The notes: a model not told the origin generated them from the letters alone. Positions 42,097-53,158 are shown, numbered from the stretch's first letter. The stretch: DNA of 64,000 nt from an uncultured Chlamydiae bacterium (GCA_963754655.1 CAVWGN010000001.1:288001-352000), one strand, 5' to 3'. Program-made: numbers and translations.

Positions 42097-43392
42097 ATGC
42101 AAAATCAAGAAGAAAAGAAATTAGAAGATTTTAGCCTTCCGCAACTTAATATTTTACTTAAACATTTGCGCATGGGGCAAGATCATTTGAAACTTCTGTT
42201 AACTCCTAAGCAGCTTAAAGATTTATTTCACTGGTGTGATTTAGAGAAAGAAGAAAAAAAGCAAATTTCTGCTGATAGGATTGAAAAGCTGGGCAATATG
42301 TCTTTGATTATTAATACCATCTTAACGAGTACTTTTGGAGCTTGGATGGGATTGTCTGGATGTATAGGATGTACAATAGGTTCTTATAAAATGTTAGCAT
42401 TTATTTCTATGATTGCTTTCTGTGTCAGCACCTTGATTGGGTATATGAGTTTGAAAATGACAAAGAAACAAGCGTGGAATGCCATTCAAAATCAAGTGAT
42501 CCATCAATTTCAATTACGTGTTCTCAAAATGATCAATCAAAAAATGAAAGAAAAAGAAAATTCTGTCGTTTTTTACCTTCATACTGCAATTTGTATTTTG
42601 GAAAATAACAACACAAATAATAATGAGCAAAATCGTTTGAATTTATTTGAGAATAGTTCTCAGGCTTATCAATGGTATGAGAAATTGATGAGTGTGTTAA
42701 ATGATCGCTTAAAAGAAATGAAAGATACTATCTCAACTGAAATTTATCAAAAACAAATCCAACGGGTGAATTTTCTTATTAAAAAAACGCTAGCTAAGCA
42801 TACCCATTTTTTGGAAAGCTTAGCCATGGCTAAGCAACAAGAAAAAAAACGACAACAAATGATGCCTGCTCTTTCATTTTTCAAAATTTTAACTAATCCC
42901 TCTTTTGGTATTCCTAAATACAGATCTTTAACTCCCACCTCTGGCTCTGGGATCAAAAAACATTTCAATCAATTATTGTTAGGAATCATTCCCACTATTT
43001 GGGGAGGATTTGCTTCTATGTTTGTATTTGTTGGAGGGATTCCCAATCTTGCAGGTGAGCTCAAATTTTTATGGTTACACTCTCTTTTGATCTCTCCCTT
43101 TGCTCGCGCGATTGAAATTTCTTTGGCAGGTCTTATGACGTGTTATTTTGCTTTTGCCTTTTTTTACTCCTCTAGAAAAAATTGGCAAAGGCAGCAATTA
43201 CTAGAACAAATTAAAAAAGAAATTGCCAATGAAGAGGCACGTTTATTAGAAAATAATCATAAACTTGATATGTTATTTAAATTAAAAATGCATACACAGA
43301 AATTAATTTCTAATTTCACTGTTGTAAAAAAAATGGATCAAAAATTCATGAGTCAAGATCGTTCTTTAGTCTCTGAAAACTATTTAAACTAA
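42097..43392 (+). CDS. Hypothetical protein with two paired hydrophobic regions and coiled coils (Inc-like)
   Basis: Two bilobed hydrophobic segments separated by K/Q/N-rich helices; AT-rich. Confidence 0.7.
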   Translation: MQNQEEKKLEDFSLPQLNILLKHLRMGQDHLKLLLTPKQLKDLFHWCDLEKEEKKQISADRIEKLGNMSLIINTILTSTFGAWMGLSGCIGCTIGSYKMLAFISMIAFCVSTLIGYMSLKMTKKQAWNAIQNQVIHQFQLRVLKMINQKMKEKENSVVFYLHTAICILENNNTNNNEQNRLNLFENSSQAYQWYEKLMSVLNDRLKEMKDTISTEIYQKQIQRVNFLIKKTLAKHTHFLESLAMAKQQEKKRQQMMPALSFFKILTNPSFGIPKYRSLTPTSGSGIKKHFNQLLLGIIPTIWGGFASMFVFVGGIPNLAGELKFLWLHSLLISPFARAIEISLAGLMTCYFAFAFFYSSRKNWQRQQLLEQIKKEIANEEARLLENNHKLDMLFKLKMHTQKLISNFTVVKKMDQKFMSQDRSLVSENYLN

Positions 43393-43536
43393 ACACCTAT
43401 TTTGATGGAATGTGATACACAAATGAGTGTCCATAAATCCTTGATTCATCTGATTTAAAGTGGTATTCTATTAGAAATAATTCAGCATGGTTCAAAAAGA
43501 GCGAATTTTCTGATTTGATTGATAAATAAGGTGAAC

Positions 43537-45558
43537 ATGGCTAAGGCAAATTTATTTAAATTACATACAGAATTTGAACCAAAGGGTGATCAACCCGAAG
43601 CTATTGAGAAGCTTTCTACTGGAATATTGCAAAATAAACGCGCGCAGGTTTTATTGGGCATTACGGGTTCAGGTAAAACTTTTACAATGGCCAATGTCAT
43701 TGCTAAGGTGCAACGACCGACTTTGATTTTAGCCCATAATAAAACGTTGGCTGCCCAGCTTTATCAAGAGTTCAAGACTTTTTTCCCTGAAAATGCCGTT
43801 GAATACTTTGTCTCTTACTATGACTATTATCAGCCAGAAGCTTATGTGCCACGCACTGATACTTACATTGAAAAAGATATGGCGATCAATGACAAGATCG
43901 ATAAGATGCGCTTAAGTGCGACGCGTTCGTTACTTGAGCGCTCGGATGTCATTATTGTCTCTTCTGTTTCTTGTATCTATGGTTTGGGCTCGCCTGAATA
44001 TTATCGTGGCATGAATTTAACTTTATCTGTGGGGCAAGAAAGACGACGCGATGATCTTTTATTACATCTTGTCGAAATGCAGTATAAGCGTAATGACTTT
44101 GAATTTGTGCGTGCGACTTTTCGCGTACGGGGGGATAGTCTGGATATCTTTCCCGCTTATGAAGAAGACCTTGCTATTCGCGTCGAAATGTTTGGCGATG
44201 AAATTGAGCAAATCAGCGAAATTGATCCTCTAACTGGAAAACTCAAAAGGCGTATCCCCTCTATCACCATTTATCCTAGTTCACACCACGTGACTCCCGA
44301 AGAAGTGCGCTTGCATGCTCTTCAGACGATTCAGGCTGAATTAGAAGAACGGAAGCTTTTTTACGAAAAAGAGAAACAACACTTAGAGTTAGAGCGCATT
44401 CAACAGCGGACAATGTACGATTTAGAAATGTTGCGTGAAGTGGGCACATGCAAAGGCGTGGAGAACTATTCGCGACACTTTAGTATGCGACAACCAGGTC
44501 AACCTCCTCCTTGTTTATTGGACTATTTTCCGTCAGATTACCTATTGGTCATCGATGAATCACATCAAACGCTTCCTCAATTACATGCCATGTTTAATGG
44601 AGACAGAGCGCGCAAACAAACTCTTGTTGACTTTGGTTTTCGTTTGCCTTCCGCTTTCGATAATCGTCCTCTGCGCTTTGAAGAAGTTTATGGACGTATG
44701 CATCAAGTCGTTTATGTGTCAGCAACTCCTGGGTCTTGGGAGGTTCTTGAAGCACAAGGAGAAATTGTCGAGCAAGTGATTCGTCCTACCGGACTATTGG
44801 ATCCCATTATCGAAGTGAGGCCCGCCTCTGGGCAGGTGGATGATTGCTTGGCTGAAATTCGTGCACATGTTAGTAAAGGGGGACGAGTTTTAGTGACGAC
44901 GCTGACTAAAAAAATCTCTGAGGAGTTAACAGCCTATCTTAATGATCTCAATGTTAAAGCCAAGTATTTACACTCCGATATTGATACAATTGAACGGGTG
45001 CAAATTATCCGTGATCTACGCTTTGGCGAATTTGATGTACTTGTTGGAATTAACCTCTTAAGAGAAGGGTTGGATATTCCTGAAGTCTCGCTTGTCGCTA
45101 TTTTGGATGCAGATAAAGAGGGTTTTTTGCGTAGTGAAACTTCTTTGATTCAGACTTGCGGTCGTGCAGCACGCAATGCCGAAGGACGCGTCATCATGTA
45201 TGCCGATAAAATCACTAAATCTATTCAGCGGACATTAGATATTACGCAGACACGTCGTATTCATCAAGAAGAATATAATCGCTTGCATAGCATTACGCCA
45301 CGGACTGTAAAACGGGAAATTTCAGTACTCGTAGAGCCTGATGAAGATCAAGTTGCTTATCCTTCCGCATTTGAGGACAAACTGTTGCGGGCAGCCGAAG
45401 CTCAACATCATTATTTGACTCTCGATGAAGTGCGGCAAAAAATCAAGGAATGCGACATTGAAATGCGTAAAGCAGCCAAAGAAATGCGTTTTGAAGATGC
45501 TGCTGAATGGCGCGATAAAATGCGTCACTTCCAACAAATTGAGTTGACATTGGCTTAG
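43537..45558 (+). CDS. uvrB: Excinuclease ABC subunit B
   Basis: [26 protein letters not shown] and GRAARN; C-terminal UVR domain. Confidence 0.99.
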   Translation: MAKANLFKLHTEFEPKGDQPEAIEKLSTGILQNKRAQVLLGITGSGKTFTMANVIAKVQRPTLILAHNKTLAAQLYQEFKTFFPENAVEYFVSYYDYYQPEAYVPRTDTYIEKDMAINDKIDKMRLSATRSLLERSDVIIVSSVSCIYGLGSPEYYRGMNLTLSVGQERRRDDLLLHLVEMQYKRNDFEFVRATFRVRGDSLDIFPAYEEDLAIRVEMFGDEIEQISEIDPLTGKLKRRIPSITIYPSSHHVTPEEVRLHALQTIQAELEERKLFYEKEKQHLELERIQQRTMYDLEMLREVGTCKGVENYSRHFSMRQPGQPPPCLLDYFPSDYLLVIDESHQTLPQLHAMFNGDRARKQTLVDFGFRLPSAFDNRPLRFEEVYGRMHQVVYVSATPGSWEVLEAQGEIVEQVIRPTGLLDPIIEVRPASGQVDDCLAEIRAHVSKGGRVLVTTLTKKISEELTAYLNDLNVKAKYLHSDIDTIERVQIIRDLRFGEFDVLVGINLLREGLDIPEVSLVAILDADKEGFLRSETSLIQTCGRAARNAEGRVIMYADKITKSIQRTLDITQTRRIHQEEYNRLHSITPRTVKREISVLVEPDEDQVAYPSAFEDKLLRAAEAQHHYLTLDEVRQKIKECDIEMRKAAKEMRFEDAAEWRDKMRHFQQIELTLA

Positions 45559-45659
45559 TCCTATCATTTTTAATACCGCCCAAAGCTGGTCTTAAAATTG
45601 CTTTTCTTAGACTGCTTGTATGATAGGCACATGTTGTGAATGACTTTCTGATCTATCCT

Positions 45660-46697
45660 TTACTGAATGGACTTCAAGACTTCATAAGTGTTATATCCCG
45701 CTTGCATACTTGCTGTGCTGGGTTGCAATTGATTGATAAAACGGTTCCATTCAGTTAAGGGCTTTTCAGAAATCACCACCACATCGCCAGGCATAAGCAA
45801 TAAAGAGGGATTAGGTACATGGATAATGTCTTTCCAAGCTAAACAATAAATTTTGGGTCGCGTCATGTCTCCTCGAATCACCTGAATGTAGTTTTTGTTT
45901 CCCGTGAAGGGAATACCACCCGCCATGACCAACGCTTCATTGAGAGGAATAAAACCATAAGGAATAGGAATAACCGTTGGACGAAATATCTCACCAGTCA
46001 CCATGACGATGGCATCTGTTGTATGGGCGATAAAAATTTGATCTCCTCCCCGCATAACGATATTTTGGTTTATATCTCCTTGGTGAATAAGCTTGTAGAG
46101 ATCTACTGATAATTGTTGTCCATTGCGCATGACATAACTTTTAAATAAATTGGCATAGGGGGGAATCTTTGCGATGGCCAATACTTCAGATAAACGCGTT
46201 CGTCCATCAACGCTGACCATCGATTGGTTTGCTCCGATGATTTGTACCTGTCGTTCGCGTCGTTTTTTAAAATTGACAAACACTTGTGTATTTGGAAGTT
46301 GCTCGCAATAAGCTGTCTGTATCTTTTCTCGTCCTTCATTTAACGTTAATCCTTCGACTTCCAAGGTGGAAAGATGAGGTAAGCAAACGTTGCCATTGCA
46401 GACTCGAAATCCTGTTTGCTTGTTAATCTCTTCAAGCGCTGCTACGCGATCTGGACGTTGGGGACAATAAAGTGCAATAGCTAATTCATCGCCATCGTTA
46501 ATCGTATCTTCATAAAATTGATGATTTTCCACAACATCAGCACTGCTTTGTTCTTCCAAAGCAAGAATAGCAAATTTGCCTTGGGCAATTTGCCGAGAAT
46601 CAGCTATAAACTCTTCGATATCAAAAGTTGTATGTTGATAAATAGGAGAAGTACAACCAGCTAAAAATAAAAGGATAGTCAAACTTAACAAGTGCAT
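45660..46697 (-). CDS. Polysaccharide export lipoprotein (Wza/OPX family, SLBB repeats)
   Basis: Lipobox LAGC, INDGDELAI, GNVCLPHL..VEGLT, LMPGDVVVI and WNRFINQLQP C-terminal helix. Confidence 0.85.
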   Translation of the reverse strand: MHLLSLTILLFLAGCTSPIYQHTTFDIEEFIADSRQIAQGKFAILALEEQSSADVVENHQFYEDTINDGDELAIALYCPQRPDRVAALEEINKQTGFRVCNGNVCLPHLSTLEVEGLTLNEGREKIQTAYCEQLPNTQVFVNFKKRRERQVQIIGANQSMVSVDGRTRLSEVLAIAKIPPYANLFKSYVMRNGQQLSVDLYKLIHQGDINQNIVMRGGDQIFIAHTTDAIVMVTGEIFRPTVIPIPYGFIPLNEALVMAGGIPFTGNKNYIQVIRGDMTRPKIYCLAWKDIIHVPNPSLLLMPGDVVVISEKPLTEWNRFINQLQPSTASMQAGYNTYEVLKSIQ

Positions 46698-46851
46698 AAT
46701 AAGTTATTTAAATTACAATTAAATTAAATTTTAATTAAAATCAAAAAAAAGCTAAAATATAATTAAGAGGTTCTTTTAAAATTTCAAGACTCCAAGCGTG
46801 GAAAAGGAGTTCAGGATATTGCTTTAGAACCTTTTAAACAAGGAGATTTTT

Positions 46852-46938
46852 ATGGGATTGGGAAGAATGGCATTACTATGGATTCTGGGTGTCCCCATAG
46901 GGGTCATCGTCATCCTTAAGTTACTAGGAATTATTTAA
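46852..46938 (+). CDS. 28-aa small membrane protein MGLGRMALLWILGVPIGVIVILKLLGII (not in the ORF track)
   Basis: Strong SD AAGGAG 6 nt upstream; a single hydrophobic helix with LLWxLGVP. Confidence 0.75.
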   Translation: MGLGRMALLWILGVPIGVIVILKLLGII

Positions 46939-46989
46939 ATAATAGTAAAATAATTTTTAGATATGTTTCCAAATGGCCAAAGGCGCTAA

Positions 46990-47064
46990 TACTCGTTTAC
47001 ATGAGTTTTTGCCTATTGGGGCTGCTTGAAAGCGCCAATAGGCAAAAACTCATGTAAACGAGTA
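46990..47064. repeat. Family E minimal (empty) element, 75-bp palindrome
   Basis: TACTCGTTTACATGAGTTTTTGCCTATTGG...CCAATAGGCAAAAACTCATGTAAACGAGTA, the same termini as 32598 and 57042-58070. Confidence 0.88.
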
Positions 47065-47167
47065 TGAGTACTCGGTCACATTCGTTTTGAGGTTTTTAAA
47101 GTGGTCGAATAGCCACAATGAATGTGATACTATCCTATTAGTCTTATTTTTTCTTGCTCACTTTATT

Positions 47168-47467
47168 TTATTCTATAGCAATATCTTGTTCTAGAGGAGC
47201 GGGAAAGGGGTGTGAATGGCGTCGGCGTAGAATAGAGATGAAGAGTAAGACGATTAATGAAAAGCAGCTAATTAAAGCAAATGCTTTCAAGTTATTTTCA
47301 CTGGAAGGCTTATTGAAAGAATGAAAAAATTCGTAAATTCTTGAAAAAACAGCAAGTACAACCTCTTTAATACGTTGGATAGGTTCGGAAACTAGTGAAT
47401 TTAAAGCAGGTTGTTGAGTGAAAAGAGCAAAAGAGGATAACGAATTAAATTGAATGGATGTAAACAT
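47168..47467 (-). CDS. Small hypothetical protein with one C-terminal TM segment
   Basis: 99 aa; Ser-rich N-terminus; TM segment followed by RRRH. Confidence 0.6.
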   Translation of the reverse strand: MFTSIQFNSLSSFALFTQQPALNSLVSEPIQRIKEVVLAVFSRIYEFFHSFNKPSSENNLKAFALISCFSLIVLLFISILRRRHSHPFPAPLEQDIAIE

Positions 47468-47532
47468 AAGAGAATCCTTTAACTAAAAAAATATAGCATT
47501 CTATTCGATTTTATATCAAATAATTTTTCCGT

Positions 47533-48333
47533 TCAATTGATAGAATCATTTGTCAAATAAAAAGCCAGCCATTCCATTTCTTCTTCTTCTTTTTGCAAAG
47601 ACCAGCCCCAACGGGCCATTTGATCAAGATAAATCTCCCGTTCTTCTATGCGAATGCCAGAAGTCAGTAGCTCTCCAGATTGCGATTGTAAGACGGTTAA
47701 AGAGGAACAGGCCGTTTGTTGTTCAGTTCGAATCATATTCATCAGCATGAGAACAGGTTGTGTAGTCGGTTGCCAACTAAATTCTGAGGGGGAACAAAAG
47801 AAACACTGCTTTTCTAAATGATTGAGTAAGGCATTTTGTCGGGAATGTTTAAGAGCTTGTTGATCAATATCGATGCCATAAGCTATTGAGGCACCCATGG
47901 CAGCTGCAGCTAGAGTTAGAATGCCGCTTCCACATCCAATATCAATGACAATGTGATGACGAAGATAATGGACTAACAACTGCAACATGAGGCGTGTCGT
48001 AGGATGGGAAAGATCGCCAAAACCAGAGCCAGGTTGTAGGCGCAAAGGGGAAGCGGCTTTCTTTAGGTCGACATGGACATAGCCTTCATGAAAATGATGA
48101 CCATGGGCTGTCCATTGGGCTTGCCAGTCAATAGAGGGTAAGGTATAGGGTTCACATGCCATGATCCAGTTAAAAGCAGTTAAGGATGCAATAGAAGGAA
48201 GATAGGCAAAAATCTCTACTCGACCTTCTTCTTCTGAACCATAAAGAATTTCAATTCCTGCTGCATGGAGAGCCTGCCAAGCTTGTTCGAGAGAATGAGA
48301 GGGATGAATAGATAGATGATAGAGCTGATTCAT
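47533..48333 (-). CDS. prmA: Ribosomal protein L11 methyltransferase-like
   Basis: PGSGFGDLSHPTT, DIGCGSGIL, GIDID and SGI; start overlaps the trkH stop. Confidence 0.85.
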   Translation of the reverse strand: MNQLYHLSIHPSHSLEQAWQALHAAGIEILYGSEEEGRVEIFAYLPSIASLTAFNWIMACEPYTLPSIDWQAQWTAHGHHFHEGYVHVDLKKAASPLRLQPGSGFGDLSHPTTRLMLQLLVHYLRHHIVIDIGCGSGILTLAAAAMGASIAYGIDIDQQALKHSRQNALLNHLEKQCFFCSPSEFSWQPTTQPVLMLMNMIRTEQQTACSSLTVLQSQSGELLTSGIRIEEREIYLDQMARWGWSLQKEEEEMEWLAFYLTNDSIN

Positions 48334-49982
48334 TAACGTTTCTCCCAAAAAGCTGGAAATAATAGGGCTAAAATTGCATAAAATTCTAGACGTCCTAAAA
48401 TCATCAAAAACGAAGATAAGTAGGTAGAAAAAGGAGATAAAAAGGCCATAGTGTTAGCAGATCCTGCGGCTTTAAAGGCAATTCCTGTATTATTGACCAT
48501 GCAAGCTGTCAATCCCAAAGCTGTTTCCGGATCTATTTTATCCAAAACGTAGCAAAATGTGCTAATGACCGAAAGGGTAATGATAATTAAGAAAAAACAG
48601 AGGACAGAAAGTGCTGTGGAATGGTCAATGTCTCTATTTCCTATGCGCGTGATTTTAACAGTTCTGGGACTAAAAATGGATTCAATTTTTATTTTTGCAA
48701 TTTGGAACAAAATCAATAGACGAATCATTTTAATTCCTCCGGCCGAAGATCCGGACATTCCTCCTAAATACATGGCAACGAGAAGGACGACTTGTATCGG
48801 ATAAGGCCAAGTGTCGTAAGGATCTACAAAAAATCCTGTTGAGGTTTGTGCCGATACCAACTGAAAAAGGCCAATGCGCAGCGCTTGAGCATAAGTATAG
48901 TCGCCTAGATTTTTTCCAGTTAACGAAAGTTGAGGGATTCCCCCTAATTGCCAAACGACAAAGGAACCGAGAATCGCTAAGGTGAGAAAAAAACTCATTA
49001 ATTCAGGTTCAAATAGGCGATAGAATTTTCCTTTTAATAGATAATAGTAAAGAGAAAAATTTAAACTTCCTAAGATCATGAAAGTAAGAATAACCCATTC
49101 GATACTGGTATGCTGATAGTAGCCAATATTTTCATTATGTACGCTAAAACCACCAGTGGATACGGTTGAGAAAGCGATTGTGATAGCATCGAAAAGGGAA
49201 ATCAAAGGGTTCACAATGAATAAAAGAATAATTTCTGCTAGTGTCAAGACTAAATAGATGAGCCACAGCTGTAAGGCTGTCTCTTTGATGCGTGGCTTAA
49301 AACCTTCCTTAAGAGGACCCGGCGTTTCTGTTTGAAATAAGATTTTGCCTTGGACCCCTAATTCGGGTAGGAAAGCGACGAATAGCACGATGATTCCCAT
49401 ACCTCCAATCCATTGCATTAGGCTGCGCCAAAAAAGAATTGCTCGGCTGACGGCTTCGAGTCCTTTCAAATGCTCGCCAGTGACAGGATCTTTTATAGGC
49501 TTTACAGTTCCATAAAAAGTGTAAGTAAAGGTTTGGGTATTGTGATAGGTATGTTGAATGGAGATCTCTTGGCCTGTCTGTAAATCATATTTCTTACTTT
49601 CTAAAACGGTGGCTCCGGTAGTTGTAAATCCGGAGACCGCTTCAAAATAGGCCTGATCAAATCTCTCTAATGTTCCTGAAAAAAGAAAAGGCAAAGCTCC
49701 AATAGCAGGCGTTAAGAACCAAATGATGACAACTGCCGCCAGCGATTCACGCTGCCGATAAATGATAGCTGAAGTTTTGCCCTTTCTTTTGCCCAAAAGC
49801 CAACCGAATCCCAAACAAATGCAAATGGTATAGACAAAAGCTGTAGTAGCATGAGGCTGAGGATGGGTCATTGCTTCAATTCTAAATTGATAATAAATAG
49901 CTAAAAGAAGAGGCAAGCATAAGATGGCTGCATATAAATAGAGATAAGAGCTAATGATCCGCAAAATCTCTCGATAAGACAT
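48333..49982 (-). CDS. trkH: Trk potassium uptake permease
   Basis: FEAVSGFTTTGA, QWIGGMG, STGGF, GGMSGSSAGGIK and GRLE. Confidence 0.96.
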   Translation of the reverse strand: MSYREILRIISSYLYLYAAILCLPLLLAIYYQFRIEAMTHPQPHATTAFVYTICICLGFGWLLGKRKGKTSAIIYRQRESLAAVVIIWFLTPAIGALPFLFSGTLERFDQAYFEAVSGFTTTGATVLESKKYDLQTGQEISIQHTYHNTQTFTYTFYGTVKPIKDPVTGEHLKGLEAVSRAILFWRSLMQWIGGMGIIVLFVAFLPELGVQGKILFQTETPGPLKEGFKPRIKETALQLWLIYLVLTLAEIILLFIVNPLISLFDAITIAFSTVSTGGFSVHNENIGYYQHTSIEWVILTFMILGSLNFSLYYYLLKGKFYRLFEPELMSFFLTLAILGSFVVWQLGGIPQLSLTGKNLGDYTYAQALRIGLFQLVSAQTSTGFFVDPYDTWPYPIQVVLLVAMYLGGMSGSSAGGIKMIRLLILFQIAKIKIESIFSPRTVKITRIGNRDIDHSTALSVLCFFLIIITLSVISTFCYVLDKIDPETALGLTACMVNNTGIAFKAAGSANTMAFLSPFSTYLSSFLMILGRLEFYAILALLFPAFWEKR

Positions 49983-51335
49983 CTAAAAGATATTCCCCAA
50001 TTCTTGAAAGTACTTTGGATTACAAATGACAATGACCATGTCTCCCGGACATATCACGCTATCACCTTTAGCAATTGAAATGCTGCCGCGATTTTGAATC
50101 ATGACGATCAAAAAATCTTTTGGTAGGCGAGGTCCTATTTCGGCTAATGGAATGCCAATAATTTGGGAATTGAGAGAGACGTTAATTTCTAAAATTTCAG
50201 CTTCATTTTCATAAAGAGAAACTAAAGAAGTGATCGATTTAGAAGTGGCTAAGGCAATAATTTGATTGGCTATTGCGAGCTTAGGAGAGACAACGTGGAC
50301 AATACCTAGATGATGCATGAGGGAAAGAAAACGGTTATTGGATAGGGGAATGATGACATTTTTACAACCTGTTTCTTTTGCCAATAGAGCACCTAATATA
50401 TTCAGCTCATCATGGGAGGTGCACATGATGTAGTAATCGGTCGGTCGGAGGTTTTCTGATAAAAGAAAATCTAAATTTGTTCCATCTTGTTGGATGATAT
50501 GGCAGTGAGGCAGCTCTTTAGCAAGTTTTTGACAATGAGAAAAATCCTTTTCAATAATTGAGACATGAATGCGATGTTCTTGCAAGATTTTGGCCAAATT
50601 AATGCCTACTAAAGAGCCCCCTATAATTAGAACTCTGTCTACTTTTTGAATGGTTAATCCCAAAAAATGATGAATATGAGAGATTTGCTGACGCTTGCCA
50701 ATAAATGTCAATTCATCACCTGGAAGAATGCAATCTGATCCATGAGGAAAAATAAGTTGAGATTTTTCATTGGGTAGATGGCGATAAATGAGTCCTAGGA
50801 TGATTCCTTTGGGCAACTGAAGTTGAGCAAGGGGTGTGTTTTGGCGATTCCAAGTCGAGGGAACTTGCAATGTACGCATTTGCACTTCGCCATGAGCAAA
50901 GTTTTCAAAAGCTAAGGATCCCGGACTAATCATGTATTTATAAATGTCATAGGCCACTAATAACTCAGGACTAATAAAATAATCGACATTAAATACGCGT
51001 GCAAAGTCTAGGCGCGTGCGATTAAGAAAAAGGTTGTCTTTTACACGTGCGATTGTTTTAGGGTAGCCTAAATGCTTGGCTATAGAACATGCCACTAAGT
51101 TGACTTCATCTTGATTTGTCAAAGCCAAAAAAAGATCAGGTTGGATTTCCAATAGATGATCGAGAAGCTGCCAATCTGTTCCAGAACCTTGCTGAATGGC
51201 TACATCCATTTGCCAAGAAACTTCTTCGAGTTTGGCGCCATTTTTATCAATGAGGATGACATTATGCTTTTGTTTAGAAAGCAAAGTCGCAATGTAAAGT
51301 CCAATGTCGCCAGCTCCAATAATGACAATATTCAT
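49983..51335 (-). CDS. trkA: Trk potassium uptake NAD-binding subunit
   Basis: MNIVIIGAGDIG; two RCK units. Confidence 0.96.
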   Translation of the reverse strand: MNIVIIGAGDIGLYIATLLSKQKHNVILIDKNGAKLEEVSWQMDVAIQQGSGTDWQLLDHLLEIQPDLFLALTNQDEVNLVACSIAKHLGYPKTIARVKDNLFLNRTRLDFARVFNVDYFISPELLVAYDIYKYMISPGSLAFENFAHGEVQMRTLQVPSTWNRQNTPLAQLQLPKGIILGLIYRHLPNEKSQLIFPHGSDCILPGDELTFIGKRQQISHIHHFLGLTIQKVDRVLIIGGSLVGINLAKILQEHRIHVSIIEKDFSHCQKLAKELPHCHIIQQDGTNLDFLLSENLRPTDYYIMCTSHDELNILGALLAKETGCKNVIIPLSNNRFLSLMHHLGIVHVVSPKLAIANQIIALATSKSITSLVSLYENEAEILEINVSLNSQIIGIPLAEIGPRLPKDFLIVMIQNRGSISIAKGDSVICPGDMVIVICNPKYFQELGNIF

Positions 51336-51543
51336 GCAAACAAATCCTTTACCCAGGGGGATGTCAACATATCCTAAATTTCTCAAAATTGAAATTTGAA
51401 GTTTCCCTAAATTGCAATTTTTGAGTCCTTCAGTATAGAGTTATTGTGAAATCATTTTTTCTTAAAAGTCTAAGAGTTGCAAGACAAATTCATTCTCTTT
51501 ATAATTCAATGCTTTATCATTTGTTTTATTTTAGGATGACTTT

Positions 51544-53112
51544 ATGCATCAATTTTTTTTCCTCATTTATCTGTTTATCATTCCTTGTCTGACAGGATAC
51601 GCTACTTTATCTGCTTTGCCATGCTCCTTTACACCGTCTCTTCTGATTGGAGAAACCCCTGGAATAATAGATCAGAAAGATGAATTGAAATTGACACAAG
51701 CTGATGATGAGCAAAGAAAAGGGGTGAATAGCTTAGAAGTGAATAGAGCGATTGATGGTGATTCTGAAGAGCCCGAGCTTCTGTTGACTCATATTGAAGA
51801 GAATGGGGGGGTCACTTCTTATCAATATGATTCTTTGAGTAAACAATGTACGGTGATGCTGTGTAGTGACCAGGATCATCTGCTTTTTCGCTGTTTTTAT
51901 CGCTATGATGATCAAGGTTTTTTAGAACAGGCCGTTTGTGATGATGGACAAGGTCAAGAAGTCAATGATTTAAGAGGCGCCACACGGCGGCATACGATTT
52001 GCTTACAAGTAGGAAGTGAAAGCCCACTCCTTGGCAAACCTTTAAAGATCGAAAATTATGTTTGGGAGCCTAATTGTTCTGATAGCACAGGAACATTAGT
52101 GCATGAAATGCATTTTCAGTATGATCAACAAGGACAATTGGTGTCGACTATCGATAGTCAAGGAGAAATGACTTTTTTTAAGAATTTCAATCCGTTCACT
52201 CATGTCCAATGCGAGTATGTCAATGTAGATAATCTTTATGAGCAAATGTCCATTGGTCATATTTGGGATAGTGTTGTCAATGCTTTTTTTTCCGGCTTTC
52301 ATTACCTACAACTTTCAGCTCATCAAGCAAGAATGAAATGGAATGCAGAGTTAAATCTTCCCACTCCTATTGGTAAAGCCTTAGAAAAAATTGCCAAAGC
52401 TTTATTTGGCGAAGCGACTTACCTGTTAATGGGCCCTCATTTCGAAGAAACATATGTTGATTGCTATGGTCGGCGAGAAATTAGCGATAAAGTGCGCTTG
52501 ACATTTATCAATGGTATTTTAAATACACGCAGCATCTTGCTGCAGTCATTAGACTTTATTTCAGAATCGCATGGAGGGATTAAGGTCCATTATGTCTTTC
52601 GTCCAACCGAAGGGTGGACGGGAGATATTTCGCGGGCAGTCTTCATTAGAACGGCCTTTACACTTGGTTTTCGCTCGCAGCACGCTTACCTATTAGCGCA
52701 GCAGTGGCGAGAGCTTATTCAAGAAATGGGCGGCATTGAAGGAGGAGGAGTCATCGTGCATTATGCTCATAGTTTAGGAGGATCGGACACGGATCGAGCC
52801 CGTGAGCTTTTATCTCTGGAAGAGCAAAAAATGATTCGGGTTGTGACCTTCGGTTCCGCTACTCTTATACGCAACGTAGGCTTTCAAAGCGTGATCAATA
52901 TCGTTAGTGTGAATGATGGAGTCAGCAGTTTCTTTTTAGAACCTTTGGGGCATATCCGCAATTACTTTGATCCTGAAACCAATGTCCATTTTTATGGATC
53001 TTTTTTAAACGCACCTTATTGGCCGACTGATCATTTGTTAAATGGTCCCACTTATGGACCGCTTTTGAAAAGTTTGGGCGACAAGTTTTTGTTAGAGTTT
53101 ATGTCGAAATAA
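51544..53112 (+). CDS. Secreted protein with a few YD/RHS-like repeats and a C-terminal alpha/beta-hydrolase-like domain
   Basis: Hydrophobic N-terminus; TSYQYDS, YRYDDQG and FQYDQQGQLVSTIDSQG; FINGI...HYAHSLGG...VVTFGS...ND...DH. Confidence 0.65.
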   Translation: MHQFFFLIYLFIIPCLTGYATLSALPCSFTPSLLIGETPGIIDQKDELKLTQADDEQRKGVNSLEVNRAIDGDSEEPELLLTHIEENGGVTSYQYDSLSKQCTVMLCSDQDHLLFRCFYRYDDQGFLEQAVCDDGQGQEVNDLRGATRRHTICLQVGSESPLLGKPLKIENYVWEPNCSDSTGTLVHEMHFQYDQQGQLVSTIDSQGEMTFFKNFNPFTHVQCEYVNVDNLYEQMSIGHIWDSVVNAFFSGFHYLQLSAHQARMKWNAELNLPTPIGKALEKIAKALFGEATYLLMGPHFEETYVDCYGRREISDKVRLTFINGILNTRSILLQSLDFISESHGGIKVHYVFRPTEGWTGDISRAVFIRTAFTLGFRSQHAYLLAQQWRELIQEMGGIEGGGVIVHYAHSLGGSDTDRARELLSLEEQKMIRVVTFGSATLIRNVGFQSVINIVSVNDGVSSFFLEPLGHIRNYFDPETNVHFYGSFLNAPYWPTDHLLNGPTYGPLLKSLGDKFLLEFMSK

Positions 53113-53129
53113 ATGCGAATGAAAAGAAC

Positions 53130-53158
53130 TTGCAAAAAAGAATCTTTAGAGATACAAT
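53130..53158 (+). promoter_or_regulatory. Sigma70-type promoter for the tRNA-Arg transcript
   Basis: TTGCAA-17 nt-TACAAT, ending 15 nt before the tRNA. Confidence 0.7.
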
